In this document: positions 62,618 to 64,000 of the stretch, piece after piece
How positions within the stretch are numbered: position 1 is the stretch's first letter
Layout: every line of letters begins with the position of its first letter
The notes under the pieces: generated by a model
Told to the model about the DNA's origin: nothing
The model's input: only the letters and a program-made list of their open reading frames with translations
Database searches by the model: none
Assembly (NCBI RefSeq): GCF_000150275.1
Contig: NW_002060945.1
Span: 8,076,011-8,140,010, forward strand
Reading direction: 5' to 3'
Source: Trichoplax adhaerens
Lineage: Eukaryota; Animalia; Placozoa
Length of the DNA stretch: 64,000 nucleotides
Translations under genes and position numbers: made by a program

Positions 62618-64000
62618 TAAAAATACTCATTCTATGCTTTCCTATTATACAATGATTTATACGCCTTTAAGACAGCAGAATTGCCTTAATTGGAGATAGT
62701 TAATCTTATAATATAATCTACTTCACCAATTCCTAATTTACGGGCCTATAGACTTAACAGTCTGTATACTGTTCTTGATAACCTATTAGTACAATATATA
62801 ATTACAAATTACAGTTATGTAATTTATCAAATTTTCCCTGGCCGTAACATTGACGAATAGTTTATAATATGCATTAATACGATAGATACTTGTATTAGCG
62901 AATGTCGGTATATCTAGCCAATAGCCAACTATTATAATAATAATTAATGAACTAATGGATTAATTGCATAATTACTAGCAATAAACAGGAGAAATTAAAC
63001 TCTATTGTGAAGTTCAACGCATGATTTGTAACAACTACGGTAATATAACAAACGTATTTCTTGCAATATGCTACTAGTAGCAGAAAACAAACACGGCGTT
63101 TTTTAAATACTACTATTTGTCCATTTGGATTCACGACCAATATCTGCTTAGTTGATTAATTTTGGACAGTTATCATGGGTTGTTCATACCGTAGTAATTT
63201 TAAGGTCAACCTACGCCGGAATATAGTATCGTAGCAAAAGTAGATCCAAAAGACACTAGAATAACATAGATGGTCAAACAATACTAGTTAGTATTTAAAT
63301 TAAGCTGTACGTTCGGCTTTGAAAAAGGTTGCAGATTGCATATTAATACTGTAATTTTTAGTGTTAACTGATCAAAGCAACTGTTATAAGGAGCAAGACA
63401 CTTTTCTAATAATGGAAAGATTATTTAATTATACGACTTCAATGGTTCGATTGATTATTCTAAGAAAGTTAATCCTGATCCAATTTTAATTCAAACGATG
63501 CTCGATTAGCAAAGAATACAAAAGTCACTCTATGATTCAAAATTAGCTTGGAACAATAGTAACATTTCATAAAAATTTCTAACACAGGACAAATATAGCT
63601 AATTTATCATTACTAAATATAGAATAGAAATATAGGTATAGAAAGAAGTAAAACAATGTCGGTAATTCGATATACAGTAAATGTAGTTGATAGTTTTCCT
63701 TTATTAAAAAATGATCGAAATTCCTGATCGAAATGTTTACTAGTTTTTGTTAGAGCTAATTTCTTTATTGTTGTGAAGAGTTCCTGAATTTAAGATTATT
63801 GTAATTGAAATTAAACTAGCCTAGTCATTAGCAGACAGTTGCTATCGTTTAGAAATTAATTAAACTGCTTCTGGAGATTCAGCTATGATTTACTTTAAAG
63901 GAGGTCGGCTTCTTTGCAAAGCAGTAATGACTAGATCATATAGGTATTAAGTGTTGAACTCTGTTCATGATTTGGTTACCACATTAAAAATTGTCGATAT

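Noticed and set aside
62952-63300. Possible 3' end of a minus-strand gene at the window edge
   Set aside because: There are only short hydrophobic frames, with no recognisable motif or supported exon chain.

Overview
This window is AT-rich, intron-dense eukaryotic (animal) genomic DNA with short GT-AG introns and compact genes. The overall style suggests a placozoan such as Trichoplax, but that is inference. I reconstructed spliced gene models by hand. In order they are: CDK12/13 (-), YAE1 (+), two head-to-head LanC-like paralogues (-/+), TACO1 (+), NOM1 (-), Ral GTPase (+), an orphan ~455-aa gene (-), a secreted L-amino-acid oxidase fused to a C-terminal cupin-containing extension (-), RRP8 (-), a type II GT-A GlcNAc-transferase-like gene (+), and an astacin metalloprotease with a LamG-like domain (+). 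The most striking non-coding signal is a self-complementary (TACAG/CTGTA/GTAC)n array. It is dense only at the three divergent housekeeping promoters. It forms perfect palindromes, changes length between recently duplicated promoter copies, and co-localises with several recent tandem duplications. I recognised no tRNA, rRNA, CRISPR array or transposase.
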